Shown: positions 13,621-28,444 of the stretch, piece after piece
Numbering within the stretch: the stretch's first letter is position 1
Layout: every line of letters starts with the position of its first letter
Assembly: GCA_951406725.2 (NCBI GenBank)
Contig: OX597838.1
Span: 45,074,001 to 45,138,000 of the forward strand
Direction: 5' to 3'
DNA from: Octopus vulgaris
Taxonomy: Eukaryota
Length of the DNA: 64,000 nt
The notes under the pieces: generated by a model
What the model saw: only the letters and a program-made list of their open reading frames with translations
Databases searched by the model: none
What the model was told of the DNA's origin: nothing
Program-made: the position numbers and the translations under genes

Positions 13621-14961
13621 AAGCGATCTATCTCTGGGTCACTATGCTGTGCTTTTAACTCAAGCGCTTACAACGTGCCTTTTCATTGACTGAGACAACC
13701 TGGTGTCTGACATTATTTATCTGAAAAGTAAGGTAAAACAAAAGTAATTTAGCAGAAAATTAGAGCTCTTGAAAAAGGTGTTCTCAAAACACTGACGCTC
13801 ACTTCATAGGTGAATTAGTCGCAAAAAATTTGTTTTCATAGGTATTGAGAAAAGGATGTTTTGAGAGTGGTTATTTTAGATGTTCTTTGTCATTTTGAAT
13901 CAATATGTGTGTGTATGTGTGTATTTGTGTGTTTGTGTGTATTTGTGTGTTTGAGTGAAGTGAATTTTAAAACAAAGTACATATGAGAGATTTTTGTGAG
14001 GCTTCGTTAGAGGAACAAATAATAAAGTAGTGTTTTCTGAGATGCTTGATTTGACGATAGATCAAACGTTTTAATACCAGTAATTTTCGTCACACTAATA
14101 ATAATTGTTACTGTTGATAAAATTTCTGAAAAATTGACTCTTAAACAATCACCACCATACACTCGCGCACACGCAGTGAGTTAAAAACCAAACAACTTAA
14201 TGAGTTGTATAACTAAGCATGTATATAAGCAGCATAAAAGCTAACCGAAACCCCTGTCGATGAGTTAAAGCAACAATTTGACCTCCTTTGACCTGTCATC
14301 AAATCAACCATCTTAGAAAACACGTAATTATGTTTTCCTTTTTTTCATTTTTCTTCCTTCTGTAACCAAGCACTAAACACGCTTAAATATATATTTATAT
14401 ACACACATATATATATATATAAATATACAAATATGGTGGGTTCTATACGACGGGCTTCTTCCAGTTTCCGACTTACATATATTATTTGCATTTTGATAAT
14501 CCTTTCGGTGAATGGGCATTGACTACTGTAATCAGTGATAAACGTAATCCTTTAGATAGTATTAATATTCGCCTCCACCTATGTAACCTTGGTTACTAAA
14601 GTACATTTAACACGCATCCCCATCAGGCGTATTATGAGATGTGTGCAGTTTCTCACGTGCGTGAATGTGTTCGTGTGTGTGAGAGAGCTTTTTTCCAATG
14701 CAGAATCGTTTTGAAATGCATTTTCCCCTCTTATATCGATCTCCATTCTGAAGTAAGACTGCTTTCTACTCCATACGTAAATGTGTGTCGTGTTTACAGG
14801 AAGAATGTTTTCTAAATGAATAAAAAAAAAACAGCTTAATTTAATAAAACACGAGGAAAAAGGTAAGTTCACATTCTAACACATACGCTCACTCATTTAT
14901 ACATATTTCAAATTTATAACATTTATATATCTATATGTACACACACACGTATATATACATT

Positions 14962-15018
<57 letters not shown>

Positions 15019-15036
15019 GTATACTATGAACATATA

Positions 15037-15183
15037 GGTGCACGCGTGGCTGTGTGGTAAGAAACTTTTTTTTCCTAACCAGATGGTTCTGAGTTCAGTC
15101 CTACTGAGTGGCACCTTGGGCAGGTGTCTTCTACTATAGCATTGTGAGTGGATTTGGTAGACGGAAACTGAAAGAAGCACGTC

Positions 15184-15186
<3 letters not shown>
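15037..15186 (+). mobile_element. SINE family A, 5' half
   Basis: GGCTGTGTGGTAAG...GGCACCTTGGGCAGGTGTCTTCTACTATAG...GGATTTGGTAGACGGAAACTGAAAGAAG. Confidence 0.8.
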
Positions 15187-15227
<41 letters not shown>

Positions 15228-15909
15228 GTGTGTGTGTATATATATGTATATATATATATGTGTGTGTGTGTGTATGGAAAACAATTAAATTTTGGAAAAA
15301 TTAAAAGAAAAGTTTTTTTTCAAGAATATTTTCATAGTGTTCAAATACAAGTGTCATTTTCCTTCTGTCTGCTCGTATAATCGTGTATGCATACATGCAT
15401 GTATGCGCACATATACATGCACACAGAGACAAACAAACAAACATATACATATATATTTATAGAGTGAAATCGCAGCTCGCTGTAGAATAATCAATGGCAA
15501 TCCTGCTCATGTTTTCTTAGTGTGTGGCAACAATTCTACGATAGGACAATATCGCCTGAGTATTTCAATAATGTATTTTGTCTGTGTATATATGCCTTTA
15601 TGCTCCAGTGAGTCATTGTATTTATACAAAACTATTTTGAACATCGGCCTACACAGCAAATATTACATCAGCGGGTAGTCATGTAATAATACATGGAAAT
15701 AGTTTATGAAGAGTCGTTTACAAACTCTAATAATTCTATTGATAAGGGATTCTAATATAAGAATAGGGCTACCCAGTTGGTACTTTGGGGTTATCTCAGC
15801 CCCATCTCCCTACGTTTTATGAGAAATATCGGTACTTTTGGTCCAACTAAAAAAAAAAAGTTAAACAATGAAACCTCGTATTGAACCTGATAGTATTTTT
15901 TTATAACAT

Positions 15910-16255
15910 AAGGCGGCGAGCTGGCAGAAATGTTAGGACGCCGGGCGAAATACTTCGCAGTGTTTCGTCTGTTTTTACGTTCTAAGTTCAAGTTCCGCCG
16001 AAGTCGACATTGCCTTTCATCCTTTCGGGGTGGATAAATTAAATACCAGTTTTGTACTGGGTCGATCTAATCGATTGGCGCCCCCTCTCCAAAAATTTCG
16101 GATCTTGTACCTATAGTTGGCCTGCTCGCTTAGCCAGCGGGGTGGCGTCATTTGAAGGTTAAAACAAGGCGAAGCGCATTGTGACCAGCGATGTGTAACA
16201 ACATCTGATAGCCTGGTCGGTCACGGTGATCACGGTACCTATAATAGAATAGAAT
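15910..16255 (+). mobile_element. SINE family B with a nested 119-bp insertion (16116-16234)
   Basis: Head AGGCGGCGAGCTGGCAGAA is shared with 16932, 22638 and (minus) 28445-28658. The insert is flanked by TSD GTACCTATA. Confidence 0.75.
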
Positions 16256-16931
16256 GGTTTTATAAATCATACAAAACTGAAAATATTAATAAACACGAAA
16301 ACTGAAAGAAATTAAACATCTTACTGAATCTAATAACATTTTTATAACAAATCATTCCTCTTGAGGAGGCCAAACGTCAACAATGTGTTGAAGTATTGAA
16401 TCAAATGGATCTGACTCTTTTAATCCAATCTCTTGTCACATAAACTAAATTATTTAGTGAGGAGATAACCCAGTTTTTTAAAGGTAATTTTTTTATGGGT
16501 GTGAGATAACCAAAAAGTATCTGCTATTTTGTAGGGATATGTAAGTCGATCGTAACTGACTCTGTGAAGTCTTGATTTTGCTAAGTGGTTAGTGTAGCAT
16601 ACAAACACAGTGCATTATTTCTTCTGGATCATTACGTTCTGCGTTCAAATCTAGCAGATGACTACTCTGATTTTTATCGCTTCGTGTACAATAAAAATAA
16701 TTACCATTTAAGAACTGATATAGATTACGTCGACTTACTTTTTTCTTACACTCTTCAGGCCTCGTACTTATATTACAATTTTATTTTTTCCGGTTTGTTG
16801 CGTTCTGACATCAAATTCCTTACTTTTCATCGCTTTGGGTCAATAAAATAAAGTGCTAGCCCAGAACAGTAGATTTCGCAAAATTCTTAGTGCTTTAGAA
16901 AACCATCTGTTTGCAATATTTGTACAGATTA

Positions 16932-17150
16932 AGGCGGCGAGCTGACAAAATCGTTAACAATCCGTGAAACATTTTTAGTAGTATTTCGTCTGTCTTTACG
17001 TTCTGAGTTCACTTTCCACCGGGATCGACTTTGTCGTTCATCCTTCCAGAGTCAATAAAATAAGTACCAGTTGAGCACTGGGGTCGATATAATCCATTTA
17101 TCTCTTCATCTACATTCCTGAGTTTGTATCAAAATTTGAAATCAATATTT
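16932..17150 (+). mobile_element. SINE family B
   Basis: Homologous to the 15910 copy. Confidence 0.7.
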
Positions 17151-17976
17151 GAGCGTCATTTTTGCTTCTTATTCATCAAAAAGGGCCGATAAAATAAAAT
17201 GCCAGATCAAGAACACTGAATTAGCAGAATCTTTAGCTCGTTGAACAAACTATCTTGTGGTATTTGTTGCAGATCCTTACGTACTGAGTTCATCTGCGAC
17301 GTCACTGGTATCAAACCGTAGTGCCCTGTGCCATTGCTTTGAACAGCATTCGTGACGCGTGAGTACCAAGGATGTAATAGCTGGAGTGGCAAAGGGATGC
17401 TTCCATACAGCGGTAGTGCTTTATTAATCGACGACTACAAGAGGATGGAAGGTAAGCTGAACTTTGAGGGATTTGAACTCACCAAACAACGTACCAGAAT
17501 AAATAACGTAGTGCAATTTATTCGCCGCTCAAGCACTTCAAAATAATATTTCATCTATATTGGAAATGTTGACAGAGAATTTTGTTTTAACAGTTGTCAG
17601 ACTCACATACATATCAACATAACATCTTGTTTGGTAAACTAAGCTAAGCTATAATGCAGTGACTTCTGGAAAGAGAAGTAGTGTATAAAAAGAAATTAAC
17701 GATGGCTACCGAAACAACGGTGTTGGAGAGGAATTTTCCTTTCTTTTTACTTAGTAACTCCAATATACCAAGCTACATTTGCTTTCATTTACTTATGTAT
17801 GCAATTCTGATCCAGAAATGCTAATTGGGAAAATAATTCTTGTTCTTGCCTTCGGAACTTTCAGAGAGACTGGATGCTCTGGTATTGTAGTATCGCAAGA
17901 ATTTCACAGTTTACATAATTGGCTTTAGCAAACATGTGCTAGGCATTAAAACAGATGGAGAATTAAACACGGGCAT

Positions 17977-18015
<39 letters not shown>

Positions 18016-18267
18016 CTCTGTCTCTGTCTCTCTCTCTCTCTCTCCCCTCTGTCTCTTCCCCTCTCTCTCTATATATATATATATAGAGAGAGAGAGATAC
18101 AATTGATGAAGGAAACAGAAGATGGAATTGGCATTTTCCATCTCATTTGTGAATTATTATTATTTACTAATACTTCGGAATTTCTGAAACAGATCAGCCC
18201 AAACCGTGAACGAGCTTCACTCAACAAACTAGTTGATATATACTTATTAGTTCAAAAATAAAATATT

Positions 18268-18349
<82 letters not shown>

Positions 18350-19103
18350 GTATTATATGTAAAGCTATGATAATGTGAAGACGCCTGGTAGTCTTCCTTT
18401 CAACAACAATTCAGAAGTAACAGTTTAGATTGGTGAAACACGTATAACCTTCTACGTCACATTTCCTCCCCCAGAAACACGTATAACCTTCTACGTCACA
18501 TTTCCTCCATCCAGGACATAAAACTCTCTCCAGCACCTCAATATCAATGTATTGCACATAATTCACTCAAAGACATGACCTTCTTTATTCATTCCCTTTA
18601 ACACTGTCACGGTGACATTAATCCGTTGACATCCGAAGGATTTGAATGTAAACATCTGTCATTTCTCTCTTTAAACTTTTAATCTCAGCCGAAGAATTTC
18701 TAATCAGAGAAGTAGCAAAGCAACCCATGTTGGGGTACCGCCATAAGGGGTTTTAGTCAGACAAATCGACCCCCAATATATTTTCGCGGGCGGTTTTCAA
18801 CTTGTTAAACAATCATTCAACAAAGATGAAACAGTTTTTCTGTGCCTTTGCAGGCATCATGTGCTTCCATTCAGCACATACGACTTGAATTGAAGACTTT
18901 TTTGCATCGCAGTTGTTGTATGCCAATTGTTATGACGATACATTTTTGTTACACTATAATTGTATAGTAACAATTAAACATATAACGAAACAGGGTAACA
19001 ACATAAACTATCCAACAAACTCTCCACGAATTATACACGAATCAACAAACGGTATTCCGACAAACTACCAAAACGACAACTTACGACTTTCTGCGATTAA
19101 CAC

Positions 19104-19175
<72 letters not shown>

Positions 19176-19199
19176 GCTATCTATTGTCGTTCAATCAAG

Positions 19200-19560
19200 T
19201 CATATTCTCGCAGAGGGTGTCGTGACTCGCCACAACAACAGTCCTGGCAGCCCATCCAAAAGCTGAAATTCTTTGGCGGTGGTTGTTCATCTGTTGGGAT
19301 CATCATCGATAATGTTTTGAATGTGTTGCATGAATTGTGGTCTGCTTATATTATCCGAACGTTTAAAATGATGCTTGTCTGTGATATAGTTGAAAGATTC
19401 CCGCTCTTAATGTCATTCAAGCCTTGTACAGCAAATATCATGCAACAATTAGGAACTGGAAATTTCTAAATGGCCATCTCTGACATATTTGACAACAATG
19501 GCTGCCAGTCTTTTCATTTCTTGTGGTAGCATTTTGTCTGCTATGTGTGTGCACTGAAAG
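19200..19560 (-). pseudogene. Degenerate Tc1/mariner-type transposase N-terminal fragment
   Basis: The minus strand reads KHHFKRSDNISRPQFMQHIQNIIDDDPNR*TTTAKEFQL, resembling the HTH region (R-S-D..R-T-P-E-F...I-I-D-E-N-P..S-M-R..A) of mariner-like transposases. Confidence 0.45.
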
Positions 19561-20173
19561 GAATAACAACCTTTCATTTGGTTTGAAGAGAATAATATAC
19601 TGATAATTAAATACAGATCGCAACCTGTGTGTGTGTGTATAGGTATATACGTCTCTCCGAGATTTAAAGCATTTATCAGAAGATATCAAACGACAGCGCT
19701 CAGTTAAATATTTATTCTGAGTCAACTAAATGTCGATTAAAATGAAATCGTAGTATACAATATTGCACCAAATAGAAATTAATAGATGAGCTGCGTAAAA
19801 TACAAAAACAAAAAATATGGCGATGTATTTTCTGAAGGTTAACCAGTTGGACATAAGCCATCAAAGTTTTGTTTTTTTAAGTTATTGAGAGATAAACCAA
19901 CACATAAAACTATTATTGGTTGTTATAACATGGATATTGTCAGGAACTAAACAACCTTACTCATAACTACTAAACGACGAAGTTAATGGAACTTTATATA
20001 CAAAAATCCATATTGTTTTATAGATGTATAATGTGTGTGCATACACACACACACATATATATATATATGTAAATATATATATATGCATGTGTGTTTGTGT
20101 ATATATATCTGTATATATATATATATATATATATGTATATCTGTTTATATGTATATCTGTTTATATGTATATG

Positions 20174-20205
<32 letters not shown>

Positions 20206-21048
20206 TACATACACACACACACACACACATATTATACACTGTATCGGACAAACGATGATGGATTTTATATATATATATATGCATGTGTGTGTATATGTAG
20301 ATACACAAAATCATATACAGCCACGCACACATGAACACACACATAAATATATACATGTATGCATACATAGCATATATAATATATATATATATATATATAT
20401 AACATACACATACACACGTATATATATATATATATATATATATACATACACATACACACGTATATATATATACCTTTATATATATCCATATACATAAATA
20501 CATACATATATACATACAAAATATCATTTATAGTCTTTTATTCGAACAATGACAAATTCGTTTAACATGTTATTTTCGTTTAACATGTTATTTTCTTGCA
20601 CCAAAACATCTGCCATGAAATGGTTTGGCGCCAAAATGAGTTTTGCCCTAAAACAACCTTGACAAATGTCCAATCCTCAAACTGTTACAGAGAAACCCTA
20701 CAACCGCTTAAATATATCAATATATTTTTATCAATTTCAGGGCTATTTTGGCAACAGAGCTCAGGTAAAAATATTCCTAAAACTGGTCATATCAATTTCA
20801 AGTGAAATTGTGCACCAAACGCCAATAAGTCAGGTATAAATTTATCACTTTTCTTTATTTAAAATTAAAATTTTTTTTCTAATTGTGGCTCAAGGTGACC
20901 ATTTCTTTGATAAAGAAACTAGCTGTTGCCTAGAATTTATTTTATCGTTTCCATAGAGGTAAAAGGTAAATTTGATCAATGCAGAATGTGAACTCAGAAC
21001 AAAGAGTGCCAAAAGAAATGTTGTTAAGCACTAGGACCGATACGCTAT

Positions 21049-21275
21049 AGAGGAGAGGGTGCTGAAAAGTTCCTAGCTTTGGGTAAAAGGAATTAGAGGA
21101 GGATCAAATAATTATGATTTTTATCCAACATATTCCCCTCTCAGATTCATACACTTATTGCAGTGGCCCTTCAGTTTTTCTTAGTCCCTATAAAAAGAAC
21201 TCTGAAGTTTGGGCTTCCAAACAGACCTTTCATGATAGCCTTAAAGTCAGGAATTTGTCTACACACCCTCGTAGA
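21049..21275 (+). mobile_element. Mariner-like terminal fragment (TIR-containing end)
   Basis: GAGGGTGCTGAAAAGTTCC next to TA resembles mariner TIR starts. No partner end seen. Confidence 0.45.
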
Positions 21276-21429
21276 TTCTTCCACTTCACCGCCTTAACGG
21301 TACAGCTGACTTCCACAGGATTTGAACTCAAACTCAGAACATAAACATCCTAAAGAAATACAACAAAGTGTTAATTCTGATGCTCTAATGCTCACCGTCC
21401 TCTCTTATCTAAAAGCTATAATAATTTCA

Positions 21430-21900
21430 ATGTTTACTTAAACGACTTAAGATGACATATGTAGGTCTTCTGCCGTGATTTTGAAATCTTATAAGAAGAC
21501 TTTAATATATAAGACTGCAGATTTTTTGCAAGTATTCAGACAACGGAGAGTTTTTTAAAGACGTCATGAAATTATAAACTTCTTAAAATCCGACGACAGC
21601 AACTGAAATATGAACATTTACAAAAGTATTATCAAACAGATTTAAGAAGCCTTTGAAGTACGGGCATAGAGAAGACAAGATACCAAGAAAATAAAAAAAA
21701 AAACAAACGCTAAATCAGCGTAATGAGAAAAAATTGATTAGATCCTATCAATGAGAGAAAACTAAAATATTATGGACATTTAATTTGAAAACAAAATGGT
21801 TTCCAGAGATTATTTATAGAACGTAAGATGAAGGCTAAAAGAACTGCAAGCCAGTTATTCTTGATGGATAATATCAATAATTGGACCAAATGAGGGTTAA
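21430..21900 (+). pseudogene. Degenerate RTE-like LINE 3' fragment
   Basis: Remnant INERKLKYYGHL...FQRLFIERKMKAKR resembles the RTE ORF2 C-terminus. Confidence 0.45.
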
Positions 21901-21938
21901 CCGAGGCGTTGGCCTTTATTGAAAATATATTATATATA

Positions 21939-22380
21939 GGTGAAGGCGTAGGCGTGTGGTTAGAAGTTTGTTTCCCAACAACATCGTCTTGGGTTCCGTC
22001 TGACTGCGATGCTCCTTAGGTAAGTGCCACCTACTATAATGTCGAGCAGGCTGACCGATGTATTGCGAGTGGACTTGATGGACAGAAACTGAAAGAAGCA
22101 CATCGTACATATGCGTGTGTGTCTGTGTGTGTCTGTGCGTGCGTGTGTGCGTGCGTGAGTGCGTGCCTCTGTGTATGTGTGTGAGTATGTGTGCGCGTTT
22201 TTCCCTTTGCCTGAAAACCGATGTTGGTTTGTTAGAGGTTCGGTTAAAAGAAGCCCATAAAATAATTATCAAACTTTTTAGAAAAGTGCTGGGTACTGGG
22301 ATCGAATTGTTCGACTAAACCCTGCCAGGCCATTCCCCAGCAGGGCTGCAATCTAATGATTAAAAGAAGTAAAAGAAAAG
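21939..22380 (+). mobile_element. Diverged SINE family A
   Basis: Head, GAAACTGAAAGAAG core and tail recognisable. Confidence 0.6.
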
Positions 22381-23507
22381 TTAACTGATTAAAGAAATGG
22401 ATAACGAAAAGTATTAGCGTCCGAGAATAATGCCTTGCGGTACTTCTTCCTGCTCTGTACTTTCTGAGTTCAAAACTAACCGATGTCATATTTACTGATC
22501 ATCTTTTTGGTAGTGGTGATGACGAGAATATAGAGAATCAGAGAAGTGCTGAATTTGGAATAATCAACAGACTCACCGCCATCTTCATAAAATTTGTACC
22601 TTCGTGTTTAAATAAGAAGCAATATTATATACTTCATTAGCTGGCAGAATCGTTAGCGCGCCGGGTGAAATGTTTAGCGCTATTTCGTCTGTCTGTACGT
22701 TATAATTTCAAATTCCGCCGAGGTCGACTTTGTCTTTCATCATTTCAGGGCCGATAAAATAAGTGCCACTTGAACACCGGGGCCGATTTCAATGAGTTTC
22801 TGATTGGAAATAAAATCCCAACCCAATTGACTATATTACAAATTTACGTCTGTTGTCTTCTAAAAATTAACTTTCTTTTGGCTTAAGTATTTAGCTTTGT
22901 ATTAATATAACATATTCATATAAAATATTTTCAAAAGGTTAGTAGATAAGAAACCGAAAACAAATTCTGAAAAGCGTGGAATTGCTTTTCAGTATTTCAA
23001 TGGCCATACTCGGAGCTCCGAAATTAAACGTCCAGGGATAGGCATATCAGAAAATGGATTCATTGAGTGAGACATAATATATATTTATATATACATTTCT
23101 TCTTTTTGTCTGTTGCAAAGAACTTTCGGAGACAAGTCCTACCAGTTGAAAACTCTAACGCGTTGTGTGGTCATCGGGAGAGAATGAGCGCTGTTTCAGG
23201 GATTTCCTTTCGACAGCATTATTGTCCACCGTCTCTCCTCTTCCTACTTGAGATGAGACCCCGCTTGCTAGACTTTCCTCAATATTCTTCCAGCCATTGC
23301 TCATCACCACTTTCTAATCAAATCCAGTGGTTTGTCTTCTCCACTGTAATCTGGAATCCTTCATGGTGGTATTGGCTTCTCGCTGAGCTAGGCTCAGCAA
23401 ATACAACCATCGTCGCATAATGATTACAATGAATGCTTTACATCCAGCTTCAACAAATATACAAACAAGATTCTATTGTTTTTATTCTAAACGTTTTCAA
23501 GCATTAG

Positions 23508-23576
<69 letters not shown>

Positions 23577-23899
23577 CACATTTCGGCCTCACGAGATTTC
23601 GGATTTGTTTTTCATCTTGTCTCTGTTTTCACTTGTTTTTTTATTATTATTTATTTGTATCTTTTTATTTGTATTTTTGCAAAGAACATTGGCATAGATT
23701 CTTCTTCTCATCTTTAATTCAGTAAATTTATTCCTGCACGAACCCGGTTAATTACTTTCATTTTATACCTGATATCTCTTGTGTATGTTCTTGTATGTGC
23801 AAGTATAGGAAATTGCCTCATCCGTCTCTCTCTCTAACCAGATACATATGTGTGTTTAAGCATGTCAACGTCATCGTGTATCTTTGTGTGTGTGCGTGT

Positions 23900-23964
<65 letters not shown>

Positions 23965-24940
23965 CGTGTCTATGTGTAAATTTGGCTGAGGTGTTGTGTG
24001 ACGTCAAGGGCTCTTTACGAAAGAAGTCGTGGAAATAGTTTCCAAGGAATTTTAAATCCGTTGAAAACTTATTGGCCAACAATTGAGGTTAGAAAATAAT
24101 AAACGTTATGCACACACACATACACACACCACATAACCACATACATGGGCAGGCGCGCACACACACACACACGCGCACGTATACACAAACACACAAATGC
24201 ATACACATACTCCTGTATACGAACACGTAATGCGCCTATGATCGTGGAAGTGTAACTATGTGTATGTATAACAGAAACGAGGAGTATGTGTGAAGGTGCG
24301 TATTTGTGTATGAATGAAATACACAAATGTATTTGTAAAATACAAGATAGATACCAGATAAGTTCAGTATTTAAATTTAATTAAACACGTTTAATAGGCT
24401 TAGAGTATAAATGTAATGCCTTACGTATGTGTGGTCTGTTCAAATGTGTATTAAAGCTAGTGGGTGTGTATGTCATCATATGAGCGACTATGGTGATGAT
24501 GATGACGGTGATAGTGATGTTGTCAAAGTTCAATATCTCCTAAGAACAGAAACCAATAAAATATCTTTCTAAACAGTTCCGGCGTTTCAATCCTTTTAAG
24601 CTAGTTTTAATCTCATCCTGACCAATATATGACAATATAAACACATCACAGATTATAGTAATTTTAAATAAGGCAAAAAGTGATATTAGAGAGATGTCTA
24701 ACATTTCGGAGTTACAAACTTCGTCAGGGAGAGATGGGATGTCAATTGATGAGGCTGAATATATATTTGGGAATTAATAAATCAAGAATAAATAGTTAGA
24801 AATAATATGAGAAGCAAAAGTGTAAATTAAGATATGTGAAAAGGTAATCCAAAAGAAGGTTTGGACTTTTGAAGAACGATCAAGAAAATTGTTAAGATTA
24901 ACAGATTAAGAAAACTATATGTACCTTGGGTGTATTGCTG

Positions 24941-25014
<74 letters not shown>

Positions 25015-25446
25015 CGTGTGTGTGTGTGTTCGTGTGTGTGTGTAGTCGAAAGACACCTGTTCTTATGTCCTGTTATTATTTTTATTGTTGTTTTTATTGT
25101 ATTTATATTTGTGTAACTTTGTCCGTTTTTTCCGTCTTTGTTTTTGTATACATTCGCTGCTTTCTTCCAAGGAATCTAATGTTCTTAGCTTAGATTTTAC
25201 TTTGGACTGGCCAGATTGGAGCAATCTCAAGAATAATAATCCGAAATTGCGAGGATAATCTGGTGCTTGACTGAGGATAGAGGACTTTGAATGACCCGTC
25301 GTTGTTTTCTTTGTATCATCTTTCTGGATGTTTTGTTGGCCTTTTTGTATCACCTAGCTGCCCGGATGTTTTGCGTTCTTAGAGCGTGTGTATCGTTGGC
25401 GATTTTTTTCCTCCGTCTTCCCTTCCGTGGATCTTTCCTTTTCCTA

Positions 25447-25482
25447 TGTTTCTGACGAAGAGCTCCGCTCGAAACGTTAAAT
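25447..25482 (+). ncRNA. Minimal type I hammerhead ribozyme motif
   Basis: CTGACGA-A-GAGC-TCC-GCTC-GAAA-CGT. Family relatives at 33097-33131 (-) and 50698-50733 (+). Confidence 0.7.
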
Positions 25483-25674
25483 CATCCTTCCTTCTTTCAT
25501 TTCCTGAGCGTCCAATAACACTGTACTTGTTCCACGTCCTCGCGTTGTTGTGTTTTCTCTTTGTGTTTTCATGTTTGAAAAAAATTCTATCAATGGCCAG
25601 GTTAAATTTAAGAATTTATGAAGGCAAAAGAAAACATTTCTAATGCCAAAATATGCCGAAAATAGACACAACGT

Positions 25675-25713
<39 letters not shown>

Positions 25714-25851
25714 GGCGGTGCCTCAGCATGGCCACAGCACATTAGCTGAAACTGGGAAAAAAAAAAAAAAAAAAATCAAATATATATATATTACGGAGAT
25801 GTACTCGCATGGCAAGTAATTTGATCTGAGATCGTGTGCTGAAACGAAAAC

Positions 25852-26053
25852 AGCGTGGAAGGTGTTTGTAAGCCATTTAAGAAACACACAAAAGCCGTTC
25901 GATTCATTTCAACATTTAAGTTTAATTTGTCAAAATATTTTCTTCGCTAAAATCCGCGACCTGTTCACTGACAAAAATCAGCACGGATTTTTGTCAGTGA
26001 AGAGGTCACGGTCTTAAAGCGACGAAAATATTTTGACAAATTCCACGCTGCAA
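25852..26053. repeat. Foldback insertion with G3-C8-type HHR-like motif in both arms (25926-25975 -, 25990-26040 +)
   Basis: Same family as 45545-45795. One arm has GTGAACA, the other GTGAAGA. Confidence 0.7.
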
Positions 26054-26083
26054 TTGTTTATATATATATATATATATATATAT

Positions 26084-26600
26084 ACGTTTAAATATTTGTT
26101 GCGCAAGATTTTTTATGTGAAGTCGTGTGTTGAAACAGATATTGTTATATTTCGGAATGGTCATATTGCCAGTTTAGCCAATAAAAACACACGCACTATA
26201 TATTTGGTGTTATTTTGCTTCAGTGATATTTATTTTTTACATTAATCTTAATCATATTTCGGCCAGAGTTCTTTTTCGTCACACTTCTGTGACCGCATCA
26301 GTGGTCCTTTGTTTTCTTCTTTCGTATTTGTGTCTCCCCTTACTAACCGTCAGCCATTTTGTATTTCTATTGTATGTCTTCATTTGCGCATGCTTATATC
26401 TCTATGTGCGTCTATGTTTATTTAGTGTGTGTGGGGGGGATGCCTGTAATATTTGTATCTTCTGTTTATATACATTCATGTAATTTGTATTTTGTTTTTG
26501 TTGTTGTTGCTTTTGTTCTAATTTTGTTCATGTGTTTACATCCACCCATTATTATCATTACATATGCTTGTTTGTATGTATAACAACAATGTTAGTAATA
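26084..26600 (-). mobile_element. Solo 3' terminal repeat (pLTR) of the Penelope-like element, with HHR motif at 26261-26306
   Basis: Near-identical to 56905-57420 with the same outer end. Flanked by (TA)n. Confidence 0.88.
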
Positions 26601-27039
26601 TATATATACATATATATGTTTGTGTGTGTGTGTGTATACATACATACATTTGTGTGTGTGTGTGTTTATATGTATATGTATATGGAATCGAATTCAATGC
26701 CCCTGTGACAGGAAGGGCTTTCGTTATGTCCCCACAGGAGTAATTAAGAATGTTCAGGCCGGTGTCCAGAGAAATAACGCTCTCATAAACTGCGCTGTGT
26801 ATATGGATGCGTATACCTGATTTTCATGACCGGAAAATGAGCAGGAAAATCAGTGAGAAGTGGTGCGCACGCACCTTTTTAGAGCGTTGTGTTAGATTAC
26901 ATTGAATGGTAAATGATGTGAGGCATAGTCAGCGACTTGGATATTGACATTGATTCTTGACTCGTTGTCATCATGGCTACCAAGTATGGACATGTGATCA
27001 ACAACAATGTTAACGTTGGAAAGGCTGGGCATAAGTATA

Positions 27040-27211
27040 AGCGCAGACGTGGCGGGGTGGTAAGAAGGTTGCTTCTCAACCACACGTTTCTGGGTTCAAC
27101 CTCATTGCCTGGTACCTTGGGCAAGTATCTTCTACTATAGCTTCGGGTCGATTTGTGGGTGGATTTAGTAATGGAAAGCTAAAAGAAGCGCATCACATGT
27201 ATAAGTGTGTA

Positions 27212-27295
<84 letters not shown>

Positions 27296-27490
27296 TGTGT
27301 GTGTACGTCTTTGTGTTTGTGCCTGTCTCCCACCAATGCATGACAACCGGTGCTGGTGGGATCACGTTTCTGAACCTTAGCGTTTCGGAAAAAATGAGTA
27401 TTGGGGTCGATTCGTTCGACGAAAATACTTCATGGTGATGCTCCTGCATGGCCACAGTCTAATGACTGAAACAAGTAGAAGACAGACGAA
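27040..27490 (+). mobile_element. SINE family A (diverged)
   Basis: Head, internal (TG)n and tail CAGTCTAATGACTGAAACAAG. Confidence 0.7.
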
Positions 27491-27571
27491 AAAGATAAAA
27501 ATCCTAGTTCTTAAGACCATAAAATCAATCTATTCCAGAGATGTACAAAGACAAAGTGCCCAGAAGTGTGT

Positions 27572-27610
<39 letters not shown>

Positions 27611-28444
27611 TATTTTATGTAGATTTTTTTAATAATACGTATTAGTAAATTTTATAAATGTGTTTGCCGAGAATTTACATGACTTTACATTTAGACAAGA
27701 TGCTTCCTGTATGTTCGGGTTCTCGATCAAAAATAAAGATATGCTATTATCATTATTGTTTCCGTTACTTTTGTTCTTAGTAGCGAGGCGGGTGTATATT
27801 TATTTCTCTGAAATCTAATATATTTTCATGAGAAATTTTTTGTCGAAGCGTTAATCGTACTGCCTCACTTACATTTAGTCGACCAAGTTACAGGGAAGTC
27901 CCTTTTATAAAATGGAAGGTTAACAGCTACACTGACAAGCACCGTCTCACTGTCTCCTGACACACAACCGTCTCATAGTTGACTCTTGTCATGGGCTTTA
28001 CTGCCTGTAGATATCATTAACTGTTGCGCTATATGTGATGCTTCTCTCAGAAGCTACTTAATATAACTGTTTATAGGATGTTGGTGTATTCTGTTCCAAT
28101 CCGATTCTACAAAACCCATACGTTATGATTTAGCATTTCAAATGCTTTCATCTAGTTTTCTAAGATAAGGTGGAAATAGGAAATTTTGATTCATCGAACG
28201 AACTGATAGTGTTAATGGCATAAAACTTAGGTTGTTTCTTCGAATAAGTTAGAAATTTTAAATATTGTAAACTGACAAAAATGTTTTCCTTTAGCAAGCC
28301 ATTTCATAGAAATGTCATAGAAAGTTTGGATGGTTTTAAAAAGACTTTTATTGATTTCGCAGGGAATTAGAAACTTCGTTAGAACATGATATAATTCGTG
28401 TTTAACCTTGAAACTCGAAGTAAATAAAACTATAAATAACGGTT

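Noticed and set aside
18435-18508. 35-bp direct duplication
   Set aside because: Simple local tandem duplication with no further structure.
24570-24730. Two possible HHRs on the minus strand (CTGACGA...CCGAAA; GGATGA...TGAAACG)
   Set aside because: Stems or core too degenerate to support.
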